A stretch of 63,175 bases of DNA, filler included, from Sphacelaria rigidula (GCA_964200075.2; 11 parts of 11 records of this genome joined end to end with filler, not necessarily neighbours in it), one strand, 5' to 3'; positions 38,248 to 51,300 are shown, numbered from the whole stretch's first letter. Notes: generated by a model from the letters alone, not told the origin. A program made the numbers and translations.

Positions 38248-39708
38248 TTCTCACTCTTGTTCTGGATAACATTCCTTTCTACGGAGACTTCCAAATAAAA
38301 TATCTTACACTACCCCGAAAGATATCTGCGGATGCAGAATTGACCAATATACGAACATGATACACTGCTGCAGTGGTGGGGTGTGCTTTGTTTTATTTTA
38401 TGTTGGCGAAAACTTGCGCATCTTCTCTCATGGTAGGGATCAGGAACGGAACTGCGTGGTACGGTTGCCAATCGAGTTGTGTGCACGCTCATGGACAGTG
38501 CAGGCAGTATGAAGCCGCACGTTGCTGAAATCCTTTTCACGTTGCATTTGAAGCAGAGAGAACTGACAGTTCTTGGGTGTCTGCACTGCACGCTGCTCGC
38601 TTCTCCTTTACATCCTCCTGCACGAATCACGTACACACGCACCCAAGACACCCTGCTTGCATGCAGTGCATGCAGTACAGACTGTCTGTACTATACACGA
38701 GTGACCATATACCGTTTCACAAATTTCACTGATGTAGTACAGCCGAAGAGGAGTTTGTGGTGTTGCCAAATAATGTCGCCTAGCTAGCTAGCTACCTAGC
38801 CGTATATTCCGCCCGGGCGCGGTAGTCGTCAGTGCACGTACATGTAATTGTTCTTGTGTTCGGGGGAAACCTTCCGCGGTACTCCATCTCAATCACGCGA
38901 GCTCGCTCTCTTCAAGTGAATATTGATGCCGATTCAGCAGGTGACCTGCCCTCGCGGTCGAAGGATGAATACCGATATCCTTCTTTCAATTTTTTCTCAT
39001 TAATGTTCTTAAAGATGCTTTTGTGGACTGTTGAGTTCGCACAACGGGGACCCACATGACCTAGATATGACGGTCTCGGACGCTTCATGTCAAAACTAAC
39101 GAGTGAGGGATCTCAGATGTTCCAACTTGGGTTTGTGGTGACGAAATGCCCCGCCATGAACACGCTGCTTTGGTTCGGTTGCTTGTTTAGAGTTTTTCAC
39201 GATCTTGAGGAGGCGTTTGTGGTTCGGGATCGATACCCCGCGAAAAAGAGCCAGGGTGGGCGACTTTCGTTGGCCAGAACACGCGCCGCAGGTATCAGAT
39301 GACACTCACACGTGAACTGTAATGTACCGCTGCGCCTCCTCCGTGCACTTCAAAAGAAAGCGCGGGCTAAGATGCCTTGCAGCAAGAGATCATGAGGCAA
39401 AAGTGGGGGAAAATGCGAAAGATACATGTATATATCATTTGTCGAAATAAGTGTGGATATTTTGCTGTTGAGACTACTTGTTGTTCCTAGCATATGCTGT
39501 GGTTCATACCACTCTCCCCTTCTCAAGGTAATATGACACATTTTCCTGGTGTATGGCTCGGCAACTTGCAGCGTTCCCCCGCCGCACACAGCATGGCTTT
39601 CCAGCTCACGTTTGCTGCTGTGTTACTGACTATTGCTCTGCTCTAGTCGCTAAATTGTCCGCTTTAATGCCCAGTCTGCACAAAGTCGGGCGCCAGATTT
39701 TATACCGA

Positions 39709-39925
39709 TGTAATGCGTGAGAGGACCGCGTGCTTAGAGGACCGCATCGGAATTTGAACATCCCTATGGTTAGGGTTAAGGTTAGGGTTAGTGTCAGTGT
39801 TGGGGTAAGGGTCAGGTGCGTGGTACCTGCAGGGACTGGCCCGACTGGTTTCGCAAAACGTCGATCCTGGGGTGTTTCGGACTACCGCTCGGTCCTCTAA
39901 GCACGCGGTCCTCTCACGCATTACA
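39709..39925. mobile_element. Ginger-like MITE (TGT...ACA, ~35-bp TIR, 4-bp TSD CCGA) with internal (TTAGGG)-like repeats
   Basis: CCGA at 39705-39708 and 39926-39929; TIR tgtaatgcgtgagaggaccgcgtgcttagaggaccg; inverted second copy at 40102-40167, cut off by the gap. Confidence 0.85.
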
Positions 39926-40267
39926 CCGAACCGGCATGCAGGTTGAAAAAACAAACTGAGCCAGCACGGATCTGTTGTATTCTCGTTCATTGACGGTAGC
40001 AGCTGTGTGCCTCGCGGCGGTGCAATGTGTGGGCCATGTTAGGGACAGACTTTGGCATAGACTATCTAGGCAATGCTCAGTAATACAGCGCAGGTAGCAT
40101 GTGTAATGCGCGAGAGGACCGCGTGCTTAGAGGACCGCGCCGTAGTTCAAAACACCTCAGGATCGACNNNNNNNNNNNNNNNNNNNNNNNNNNNNNNNNN
40201 NNNNNNNNNNNTTAATTAATTAANNNNNNNNNNNNNNNNNNNNNNNNNNNNNNNNNNNNNNNNNNNN

Positions 40268-43200
40268 CTGCTCTCTATTGCTTTGCCACAGGGGCAATTC
40301 TGTCGATCTACTTCCTCCTTTCGACGACCGATGGTGGAAGGGAGGAAGAAGACGACGAGCACGAAGAGTCGTCCTCTGTCAGCAACGGCGACAAATGAGG
40401 GGGCGCCCCAGGTATTTTCAACCTGGCAAACCTGCTAGAGAAGGAGTTGGCAGCCATCGAGCGCCACCTCGGAGACCAACTGTGGGCGACTGGAGAAATC
40501 TGGCACCGGAACCGCGCTCGGAGGTCGTGGTCACTCGAGGTACTGTTGGACACCGGGGCAGATGGGGGCAATTACATGTCTGGGTTTCTGTGGCGTTGCC
40601 TCATAAAAGCAGAAACAGTACAGGCCAAGCTAGACACGAACAACGCTGGCGCTCTTCACGCCGCCGATCCCTCGCAGAGCAAGGTACCTCCGATTTCTAT
40701 AGTTGGATCAGTCGTGATACACCTCTCGTTCGCTCAAGATGATCGCGTTCGTAAAGTGGCAGTCGTGGTGGTAGAGGGCCTACCTTACTGGCTCATTTTG
40801 GGGGCCGAGGGTTTTAGGGCAAATCGCAGCAGTATGAAATTCAAAGCAACAGGAGGGTTTCGCCCTACCCCGTCCGCACCGCGGATTCAGGTTTTGACCA
40901 ATGATAGCCCCCGATATACCGCCGAGTATATACTGTTCGCCCTGGACCCGCTCACGAAAGCCCGTTCGTTAGTCACGCCTTCCCCCGCGCCCTGTGAGTT
41001 CCCCACTTACGGTGACGTTGCTTAGGAAGACGACGGCACGAGGGAGTGGAACAGAGCCTGGCCGAGCGTTCCGTCTCCATCGATGGGTTTGTGAGTATGG
41101 CGGGGGAAACGGTGACTATGGGACCCCAATCACAGGACAGGCAGCTTGTTCTGATTCTGCCCTTGGCTAAATACGATCTGGACGGTGAAGCGTTGGTAGG
41201 GATAGCCAAACGAGTATTGTGATAGGACCAGGATTTCCGGTTTACTGAAAGTTGATAAACCGAGGTAAAGATATGGCCGAAGTGGAAACCTCCGGGACAA
41301 TCGCGCGCATGATACCCCTCAACGTGCGCAATCCCGCTCGCTTTCACTCACTTTTCGACGACACGGCGTCCAAAGTAGACCAACCTACCTTGCCCACACC
41401 CCCTTCGTGCCCAGAAAGTGACCAACTACCCTCAGGACCCCACGAGGTCCGAGTATCGGACGTAAACATGGGACAACTTGGGGAAGCAGAGAAAGTGGAA
41501 CTTGTGCGCCTCATAATGGATTTCGTGGAAGCAGGGTGCCAGCCTGCATCAATCGTACGCTAGAATTGTCATTGATTGACGAGGCTAGCACACCCTTTGC
41601 CGCGAAACAACGCCGTTTCTCGTCGGAAGAACGCCGAATAATGCGACCCTCGACCTTCCCCTGGGCCGTGCAATGTCTTCTTGTCAAAAACAAAGATTGT
41701 ACCTTGCGCTTGTGCATCGACTGGCGTGCTCTGAACAAGTTTTTAGCGCCTGATAGCGGTGGACTGAGTGACATGCAGTCAATATTTGATGGTCTCAGAT
41801 GCAAGAAATATTTCACGCAACTAGACCTAGCCTCAGGATTCCACCAAATTGAGATTGCTGAGAAAGACCGCCACAGAACGGCATTCAGAGATGCAGACGG
41901 CCTATTCTTCGAGTTCACCAGGGCGGGTCTCGGACTGACAATACTCCCGGCGGCGTTCACTCGTGGAGTGAAATCAACGATAGGCAACCTGAGTGGCGTA
42001 CATAGCTAGACATCCTCATAGCCAGCCCCTCGTGGGACGAGCACTTGGCTCTACTTACCATTATCTTGCAACGTATGTCGACTGCAGGATTCTCGGTGAC
42101 CTTCGCCAAGTGCAGCTTTGCAGCACCGTCCCAGGCGTTCCTTGGCATGTTGATCGATAGTACAGGCATACAACTGACCCCGTTCAGACTCACCTCAGTG
42201 GCTAAGATGCCACGTCCACGCACTGTTGAGGAACTACGACGTTTCTCGGACTCACCGGGTACCTCAGACAGTTAGTCGAGAAGTACAGCATAATAGCCGC
42301 CCGTTGACCAACATTCTTCGCCACAAAGAATTTGCCTTACGTCGTGCACGAGAGTTGACCATTCCGTGGGGTGATGACCAGGAAGCAGCGTCCCGGACAC
42401 TCGAGTCTTCTCTCGCACCACCAACGATACTCGCTCTCCCCGACTTTAACAGCACGTTCGAATTGCAGACGAATGCTAGCACAGTGGGTGCGGGAGTCAC
42501 TCTCTTACAGCCAGTGAGGAACGAGTCTCGTTTCATCGCATTTGCGAGTCATAGGTTTTCACGTACAGACTCGCGCCGAGTACACACGGAGAGGGAACGT
42601 ATAGCCGTAATATGGGGGGTCCAGCACTTCAGACCGTACCTAGCGGGAAGGGAGTTTAGATTAGTCAACGACTGTTCCGCGCTGACATAGTTGTTTCGTA
42701 GTCGTGATCTGTATCCCAAGCTACACAGGTGGGCGCTCCGACTCATGGAGTACGACATGGAACTTCGATGGCGTCAGTGAACCCGACACGTGTTACCTGA
42801 CGCTATGTCCCGTCTCCCGCATCAACAGGAACCAGGAGACGATGTAGACGACTCATTTCCCGACGATTTCACCTTTGGCACACCCTCGGAAGCCGCAAGG
42901 TCCCACGGATCACAACTGGACGAGGAATGGTTGTCGGAATTCTCAGCCAATGGTTTCAAGAGAGAGCACATAGATGTAGCTCAGACGAGATATCCAGGCA
43001 CCTCGCGAACACTCTCTTTCACTGAATGCGCGTCAATAATAGACAAACCACCCCGTAGTTCCCCCAGAATTCGCCGGCCATCCGTGCATTCGCAGTTCCC
43101 TGGCTCTGCTCGCATACGTACCGTGCCCACAGATGCTCAGATGAATCTTTAGCCGCCGGTAGCTTTCACGCCTATTGATATTCCAACGATGGAACCTACC

Positions 43201-45771
43201 CCCATCACTCCTGCCCCAATCAGCAAGCGGCTGGAAGTGGAAGAAGTTATCACTGCCGGGGGGGATAGTCCTTTGACTCCAGCGAAAACCGCGGTGGATA
43301 CGTCGGCAGTCCAGAACGCGACACAGGTGTTGACGACCGCACCCGCACTGAAACGTCAACAGGAGGAGCACGCCTTCTTGGGGCAGGTTAGATCGATACT
43401 GGGGGGAGGGAAGGCGCACAGTACGAGTGATAAAGATGGCGAGAGTACGGTAGGTGCCGACGAGGTGCAGGAGGGAGAAGAGGCGCCCGATAGGAGTGAT
43501 TCAAACTGCGAGAGTGTGGTGAGTGCCGACGAGGTGCAATGTGAGGAGGAGGTGCCCAGTACGAAAAATAACGTGAAGAGTAGGGTGAGTGACGACGTTG
43601 CACACAAAAACAGTCTGGACGATCAAGCTGTGGCGGGATTTACGAAAGACATTCAGAAACCGTTGCTAGCCATCCCATCTGCTATGGTACCCGACGTCTT
43701 GGCGTTGATACACACCTTACACGGCCATGCTGGAGTAGGCGCCACGCTGTCTTTGATGCGCGAGCGTTTTTTCTGGCCGTCGATGATCAAGGATACCAGG
43801 CAACACGTGTTACCCTTGCAGCTGTAGGAGGAGAAAGAGGGCTGGTAGCCGCAGGGTTGCAATGACTCCGGGGCGAGCAGTAGACCCATGGGAAGTGTCG
43901 GGGGTGGAGTTGCTGAGCGCAGATCCTGTGCATCACTAACGAAGAATAAATCCATCCTCTTGATCGTAGATCGAGCCTCCAAGTTCCCTTTCGGCTTCCC
44001 ACTCCAGACAAAGCAGGCTGAAAGTGTAGCCCGCATCCTTGCAGACTTATGCTTGACATTCGGCATGCCTCAGAAAATCCGCAGTGGCGGAGGAAATGAA
44101 TTTATAGCCGAGGTGGTGACGTCCCTGTGCAGGTGGTTGAAAGCAGACATTGCTTTCGGACCCTCCGATCCCCCCAGAGGACAAGAAACAGTCGAGAGGT
44201 TGGGGGGATGGCTACTAGACATGCTGGCGGAGCTGTGTAAGTTGTGGCCCCAGAGATGGGACGAGTATGTCTCCCCAGCACTCTGGATTCAGCGTATCTT
44301 GCCTGACGTTTCATTACATGCTCCCGTTCGAGCTCTTGTTCGGTCGTAAACCCCGCACGTCTGTAGATTCGCTTACTCCCCTATATCATAAGGTGGAATC
44401 GAGTAAAGGACTGGTTGCCTTCGTGGAGCAGCGCGGACAGAACCTCAAGGAGGTACGTCTAGCTCTTGAGAAAAGGCACGCCGCGAAGGAATCGACTTGT
44501 TCGAAAATGAACGCCTTTACCATGAGAGCTGCCGCCGGAGTGTCTGCTAGAGAGGAGATCTGGTCATGGTACGCGAATCAGACAGCACGATATATCGGGA
44601 CGGTAACGGTGGGCAACTGCAGCACGAAAGGTATACGAGGCCCTGGAGAGTGAAGGACGTACTGATGACAGGCCTTAGTGTTGAAGCAGTCATGCAAGGT
44701 TGTAAACGTCGTACACGTAGGCTAGCTGTCTCGGAGGTAAAACCCTTTCATGTTCGTCCACCACACCTTAGACCCTGAATAGCTGACGAGTTTGCTCAAC
44801 ACGTATGGGGTACAGATTGGAAGGCCAATACCACTCCTCACCACGCCTTATCAATATCACGAAGTCGTCACCTTCGTGGATCGCCGTGATATCTACTCCA
44901 CGGCAGGCACGAAGCAGTGGGAATACAAGGCGAGAACTCCAGGGGGGAAAGATGTCAGACTGGTTGCCTAAGAGACAGCTTCGAGGCAACTTTTCTTCTT
45001 TGGAACAAGACGCTTTCCACGCACTCTGGCACCTGCACCACCCCGCAGTTGAGCCCAATCCGCCCTAGCACTCGAAGAAGCGCCCCGCTCCTCTGTCGCG
45101 CAGTGATGCCTTGAAGCTTTTCCCCATAGGTGTTACCTTTGGGGAAGACTTCGGAGGTGTTACGGTCAAAGGCCAGGTGTAATACTACGGGAGCCGCTTT
45201 TGGCGAGTACAATACGAAGGCGAAGATTGGGAAGAGCTTTCCCGCCAGGAACTAGAACGCTTAACGAGGATACCGACCTGAGACAGCAGCGGGAACGTTA
45301 TGAAGAGTGGCCATTGTACGAGAAAGTACAGGATATCATTGAGCAGGAAAGGTGGTTGTAAAAGACAACAGCGAATACCTATATATTGGAGTGATGCTGC
45401 GATAGGGTCTGCACTTTTGGGGCCAAAACCTGCCTGATTCAGGGGTTCCTAAAAATAGGAACTGCACAAGAATATGGGTCAGGATATCCCCGTTTGCAAA
45501 TTTATTCGGGATATCCCTAGCAAATTGGGAGAAAAACCCTGGCGTACTCTCACCTGTTTAAAAAGTCGTCTTTTGGATAAGATAAAGGGTTCCTAACAAT
45601 TCTACTTTCAGGCCGTAAAAGTGCTGACCCTATCGCAGCATCACTCATTGCTGGTACCATACATTCAGTGATGAATTGCGAATATCCTGTTTTTGTGGCT
45701 TGCGAGTGTTCCTGTTTCTTCTTCTTTTTCTTTTGGGTGTTTTGGCATTGTCTGGTTCCTATTTTGTAACA
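40268..45771 (+). mobile_element. Decayed Ty3/gypsy LTR retrotransposon: protease, RT, RNase H, integrase, chromo-like and Tudor-like modules, putative 3' LTR 45315-45771
   Basis: LLDTGA (40447-41025); LRLCIDWRALN and LDLASGFHQI...TAF (41536-42009); LQTNAS..GAG and ERERIAVIWGVQHFRPYL (42226-42690); HGHAG...FFWPSM (43189-43827); IVDRASKF, GNEF and ETVER (43888-44349). PR-RT-RH-IN order; many stops and frameshifts. Confidence 0.95.
45389..45646. mobile_element. Sola-like MITE (GAG...CTC, ~30-bp TIR, 4-bp TSD ATTG) inserted in the putative gypsy 3' LTR
   Basis: ATTG at 45385-45388 and 45647-45650; TIR gagtgatgctgcgatagggtc(t/a)gcactttt. Confidence 0.85.
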
Positions 45772-46152
45772 TACAAGCACTCGTATTCCTCTCTTCTCAT
45801 TCTGCCAACTTGGTGATACGTTTTTTTTCCATTTTTAGTGACATACCACACGTCGGACGAGTCATTACTCGTCGAAACAAGTGCACTCGTGGATGATTTT
45901 TGAAAACACAACGAGCATGNNNNNNNNNNNNNNNNNNNNNNNNNNNNNNNNNNNNNNNNNNNNTTAATTAATTAANNNNNNNNNNNNNNNNNNNNNNNNN
46001 NNNNNNNNNNNNNNNNNNNGTGTAGCTGTAAGCACATGGCAGTGATGAGACGACGAAAAATACACACGGAATGAAATATTGGCCAAGTTGAAGCGAATGA
46101 TCAAAGTCACTCTCAATCCGCACCAAACTCTCAATCTCACGAAAACCTTGTT

Positions 46153-46754
46153 ACATGTGAGCGCACCAGCCAGGGTCACACGGGTGGAAGGTCAACACAG
46201 AAGTTTTTTTATCGTTTATAGTACGACACCTTCCTTCTGCGGTGCTTGTTCTTCTTTTTTATATCGCGAGAGGGGTTCAGCAATCCCTTTCCCTCGTCGA
46301 CCGTCAGGTCGAATTTTGTGTACCCACGACATAGTCACTCTCCACTGTCAACAATGTTTTCGTGAGAAAGAGTAGAGCGTTGATTGAGAGTTGGTTAGAT
46401 CATTCGCTTCAACTCGACCAATTTCTCATTCCGTGTGTGCTCTTCTTTGCCTGGAACACTGACGTGTGCTTACAGCTACACATCGATATCCTACTCAGGG
46501 ATATGAAGGGCGTTAGTGGTAAGACACTGCAGAAAACATATCGGACCTCGTGGGGGACATTTCGGAACTGAAACTGTTCATGCCGTAATTGACCGCTTTT
46601 CACTCTTAACTGTGTCCTCTACTCTCAATCTCACGAAAACCCTGTTTGTTGGGCATGTTGTGAGAAAAAATCCCAGATCGCGCCGAGATTTGAACCCACC
46701 ACCCAACCGTCAGAAGGTTTCGAGGTTACCAACTGAGCCACCGGGGCGACCGGC
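46153..46754 (-). mobile_element. SINE family 1, interrupted by a MITE
   Basis: A box TGGCTCAGTTGG, B box GGTTCAAATCTC; body is collinear with 23502-23864 once 46350-46646 is removed. Confidence 0.85.
46350..46646. mobile_element. MITE, AACA...TGTT, 4-bp TSD TGT(C/T)
   Basis: The empty site ccac-tgtt-gggcat is visible in the SINE copy at ~25762-25775 (reverse strand); flanks are TGTC 46346-46349 and TGTT 46647-46650. Confidence 0.85.
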
Positions 46755-46853
46755 TCCGGGGAGGGGGGAGGGGGGATTTTTATTGAAAATGCCATCAATT
46801 TGGCCAAAAACAAAACTGTCACCTACGGAGAAACCCAAAGGTGCCCTGGAACG

Positions 46854-47482
46854 AACAGCTGATCATCAAAATCGAAGATGGAGCTTTTCGTTGAGGATGA
46901 GGAAGCCCCGGAACGGCGCACGGAAAGTGCGCATAGATTTATTTCCCGAAATACTTCGGTAGTTCTTGGATAAAAATGCAAGTTTGGCAAAAATAGACTG
47001 CGGCCACCGGAAACCCAAAGGTGTCCTGAAGCCGTCTCGAGGTTATTTTTATCCGACGGAGCGCCCAAAACTCGAAAGTCGGCGTGAGCCTTCTTCACCG
47101 TTGTTCATAATCCAACTCGCCGCTGATTATAACTGTTCTCATCATTTCGTATTGAAATCGCCCGCTGAAAAGCAATGTTGCTGTTGTACTGGGTCAAACC
47201 TGAACTCCAAGTTTGTTGAGGCGCTTTTGTTCGTTTGAAATTCAAATTCAGCTCGTGACCTGCATTCATGAAAAACAATCCCGACCACCAGGTATGGGTG
47301 ACACAACCATTTGAGCGATCCGGTGGGACCCTAAGAATTCGAATCTCACTCTTCTGCTCCTTTATGATGACCTTGAACCGGACTCTTGGGCGAAAAAATC
47401 TATGGGCACTTTCCGCGCGCCGTTCCGGGGCTTCCTCATCCTCAATGAAAAGCTCCATCCTCCATTTTGATGATCGGCTGTT
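46854..47482. mobile_element. Non-autonomous DNA transposon, 629 bp, ~90-100-bp TIR, AACAG...CTGTT, 4-bp TSD AACG
   Basis: AACG at 46850-46853 and 47483-47486; long inverted arms. Confidence 0.88.
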
Positions 47483-47617
47483 AACGATTTCCACGAGTAG
47501 AGCAAGTCATTTCAAGGTGCCAGCATCCGCCTCACCCCCATTTCGGGAGAAGAGCGATGGAACTTTCCGACGAGATTTTTTCTTGACACATCAATCATCA
47601 AAATAGAGGATGACACT

Positions 47618-47895
47618 GAGAACCCGGAGGATTCAAATTTTCGTATCCACACCAAATATTCGAAATATGATTCCATTCCTTCACCTCCTGGTAGCTATTG
47701 ACAACTGCTACACACCCTACAAATTTGGATATCCACACCAAATCTTCAAATATGATTTCATTCCTCCACCTCCTGGTAGCTATTGACAACTGCTACATAC
47801 CCTACAAATTTGGATTTCGATAACCGAAATGTTGGGGTCCTAAATGAAAAAAACAAATTGGGGAATTTAGGTGATCCGATCGGATCCGTCTGTTC
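47618..47895 (+). mobile_element. Partial copy of the foldback element 54704-55147, with an internal ~86-bp tandem duplication
   Basis: tatccacaccaaat.ttc.aaatatg...tagctattgacaactgctaca occurs twice; matches 54748-54910. Confidence 0.75.
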
Positions 47896-48780
47896 CGAAG
47901 GTGCGTATGCCTCTAGCCATCTCTTCATCCCACCGCCCTGTTCGCTCAGCTAGCTTTTCTTGGGTACTGAGACTACAAGACGTTACCCAACATTTTCGGC
48001 GTTCTCCCGAGCTCAAGAATGTGCAGTCGTTATACTGTACTCCGGCTCAGCCGTCCCCCTTGATTGTGCCATTGAGTCCATTGCCGACGCTGCGACGTTG
48101 ATATCCCATTATATCCGGCTCACGAGTTGTCCCATCAATAGCCCGTTTTGGCCCTGAGATCAGGTTGCAAGTCTGCTACAACAGTGTGCCCTAAGCGTTT
48201 CCGGCTCACTTGTATCTTCCATTGCCTACTGTCGGGGGCAAGTCTGCTGCCGCGTACGCCCGAGGGCAAAAACTCCGGCGCAGGGGAAGTATTACCCACC
48301 TCGCTGTTTCTGTTGACCTCACTACCGTTGCTGCTGTCGTTCTCCGGGCTAGATGACTCGCCGGACAAAGATGAGCGGTCATGTTCCTCCCAACTTGACC
48401 ACCCGTAAGGTTTTGGACAGCCAAATTTTGTTGTTTTTCCTGCGGAGACAGTGCAGCTCACGTAGTCTCAGCAGCCGCAGGTGCGATCGTTACTTCTCGA
48501 TGAATGGGTTGTCGCTAACATCGTTCAAGCGTCATCACCCGTGTCTATACGATGAAGTGTGCCTCCACCTCGACGTGGCTCGTGGGAGAGGAAGTGCTAC
48601 AACTGCAGTCAGTGGGAATACGAATCAATGAAACACAGACATATCAGTGCTGTTCGACACTGCACAATACCGGACACTGTGCGGTGTTCTAGATAGCACA
48701 ATTATCAGCCATGTGTAAGTGTGCTGTGCAGGAGCACTATATGTATGTATATATATATATATATATGGGTTCCACAAGAC

Positions 48781-49142
48781 GCCGGTCGCCCGAGTGGTTC
48801 AGTTGGTAACCTCGAAACCTGACGGTTTGGCCGTGGGTTTGAGTCTCGGTGCAGTCACACGATCTTGGATTTTTTCTCACACAATGCCCAACACAGTGGA
48901 GAGCAACTACGTCGTGGGTACACAAAACTCGACTTCACGGTGGACGAGGGGAAGGAACCGCTGAACCCCTCTCGCGATGAAAAATAAGGCAAACACCGCA
49001 GAAGGAAGGTGGAGGATCAAACCGAAAGAAAAAATGAAAAACATCCTGTGCTGGCCTTCCTCCTGCGTTACCCCGGCTGAAGCGCCCATGTGTATCGAAA
49101 GTGAAGACTAGCGTTTAGAATAGATGGGGTGATAACACACAC
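48781..49142 (+). mobile_element. SINE family 1, full length
   Basis: Starts gccggtcgccc; A box TGGTTCAGTTGG; degenerate B box; tail agaatagatggggtgataacacacac. Confidence 0.85.
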
Positions 49143-49759
49143 GGGGTTCTTTGATATGGCTGGTTGTGCTGGAAAACAACAGCGAAGGACAGCGTCCCGA
49201 GAACCTGCGCTGTATTCCATGGCCCACGGCGAAGGATAGATAGCTTAATCTTTTGTATTTTTGGAGAGTGCCTTGTCAGAGCCGAACCTCGGAATGAGGG
49301 ATCAGACGAAGAGGGAGGGCTAGCAGCGGCGACGCTGCTGGCCCGAGCATGGTACTGCAGTGACACATACTCGACTACCTGTACCCGTGCGTCAGCATAT
49401 ACCTATCCGCACATGTACATTTTCACTCAGTGTGCCTGCTCACATGAACACCCCTTCTGACGTGGCACATCAGTCGTCATGACTATCTTTCTTTCAAGTA
49501 GTAAAGGAGGAAAATCGACCATCCGAGCAAAAAGATCCTTCCCTCAACGGCTTGTGCTTCATCTAGATAATCCATAGACGCCGGTCAAGGCAGATACATG
49601 TCACGTCAGGAAACTCCCAACCAAAACCCATGCCCCTCGAAGTAGCGTGTGTGGCTCAATCCAACATGCGTATAAATACATTACAAAGACCTGAAAATGC
49701 CCGGAGTTAGCACAACAAGGGGACACACAAAAACGTGTCTACCTGTCACCTTCCAAATT

Positions 49760-51300
49760 CATCAAACCCGTCTGTGCCTCGCAAACAAGTTGATCGAGCT
49801 AGGCTTCGTCAAAATATCGGCATGCTGCCATTTTGAATCTACACGCGCGACTCTGATCTCAAATGAAGTGATACTTCATATCGATGTGCTTACTCCTTTC
49901 AAAAGTGAAGGGGTTTTCGGCCAAAGCCTTGACTCCCTCGTTGTCCTCGTACAAGACTATACCGTGGTCCTCCCCACATCCCGACACAGTCTGAGGTCGC
50001 AAAAACGTCAACACTAACTTGACAAATAGTCCCTATTTTTCCCCCTCGGTCATTACGACATACTTCGCCTTCGTGGTTGATGGAGCCACACAGTGTTGTG
50101 TGCGACCCGTTGCCGAAACTACCACACCACCATACATCACAGCTACCCCCGAGATTGAACACCTGTATGGTTCCTCCTTAGCGTAGTTGACGTCATAGTA
50201 AACTGAAATCCTGTCGTGATCTCTCTTGAAAGTGGGTCCAAATTTCTTCGTCCAATTTAGATACTGCATTACCTTTACTACTACTTCCTAGTGCCTCTCG
50301 CACGGGTCATGTGGCTGACAAGCGAGGGCTCGTACTGTATTTGCTACGTCTGGTCTAGTGACTGTAGCCAGCCACATCAGCCCCCCCACTACATTACGGT
50401 ATGAACGATTCACTACTGAATGATGTCTTTGCCCGTTGTCGGTCCCAACTTGAAAGGAACAGAGAGAGGGATTTCTGAGTATCCCCTCACCTCAAAACGC
50501 TTTAGGAGCGTGTCCTTGAACGTAGTTTGCGTCACCGATAGCGTGCCTCTATCCCAATCTCTGTCCACCGCACATCCCATGTACCATGTGACCTCTTCGA
50601 GATTGGTAGTGGGAAACTTGTCAGTCAGAACTTTGACCACCTTTCGCACATTTCCCTCAGCGCCACTGATCAGAATGTCATCCACGTGGACGACAAAAAT
50701 TACACGCACGTCTCCTGCATCCTCCATCTTAAAAACACAAGGGTCAGCCTCACACTGCACCATCCCGACACCCTCCAATAAAGTTTGACACAGAAGACGT
50801 GACCACTGCCTGCCTGTTTGCTTGATCCCATAAATGATTTTTTCGAGCTTAGCGGTCATGTCTGTCAAACCGTAGCAACCTTCAGGCAGCCTCATGTACA
50901 CGTCAGTATCCATCTTCGCATGAACCAAAGCCTGTGTTACGTCGAAATGGTACAACGACCACTCTTCCTGAACTGCCACCGCCATGACCAGCTTAATGGA
51001 GGCCATGGGGGGCGTGGCCGCGAAAGTCTCGAGTTAGTCGACCGCGGAACGTTGTCCGAATCCTCGCGCTACCCGCCTAGCCTTTGCCTTCGTTACGGTA
51101 CCATCCGCGTCGTTTTCCAATTGAAAACCCATTTTGCTGAGAGAACATTCTTCTGGTATTGTACCACTCGGAAATGCTCTAACCTTTTAGTCCCCCAATT
51201 CTGCCTGTATCGCGCCAAGCCATGCCTTGTGGAACTCTGATGTCGCTACGCCATCCATATTGGTGGGTGCTGCCTCTACTTCGCTTACATGCCACCCGAT
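49760..51300 (-). mobile_element. Decayed Ty1/copia RT and RNase H fragment
   Basis: ORF 50413-51006 has HFDVTQA, IYGIKQTGRQW, CEADPCVF and VVHVDDIL; RNase H remnants (APSTTKAKY, and HADILTK near 49800-49825); KARLVARG and FGQ upstream. Confidence 0.9.

Noticed and set aside
34516..51300. Joining the copia gag-integrase (34516-38247) with the copia RT (49760-51300) as one element
   Set aside because: They lie on different contigs and in the wrong order for a minus-strand element
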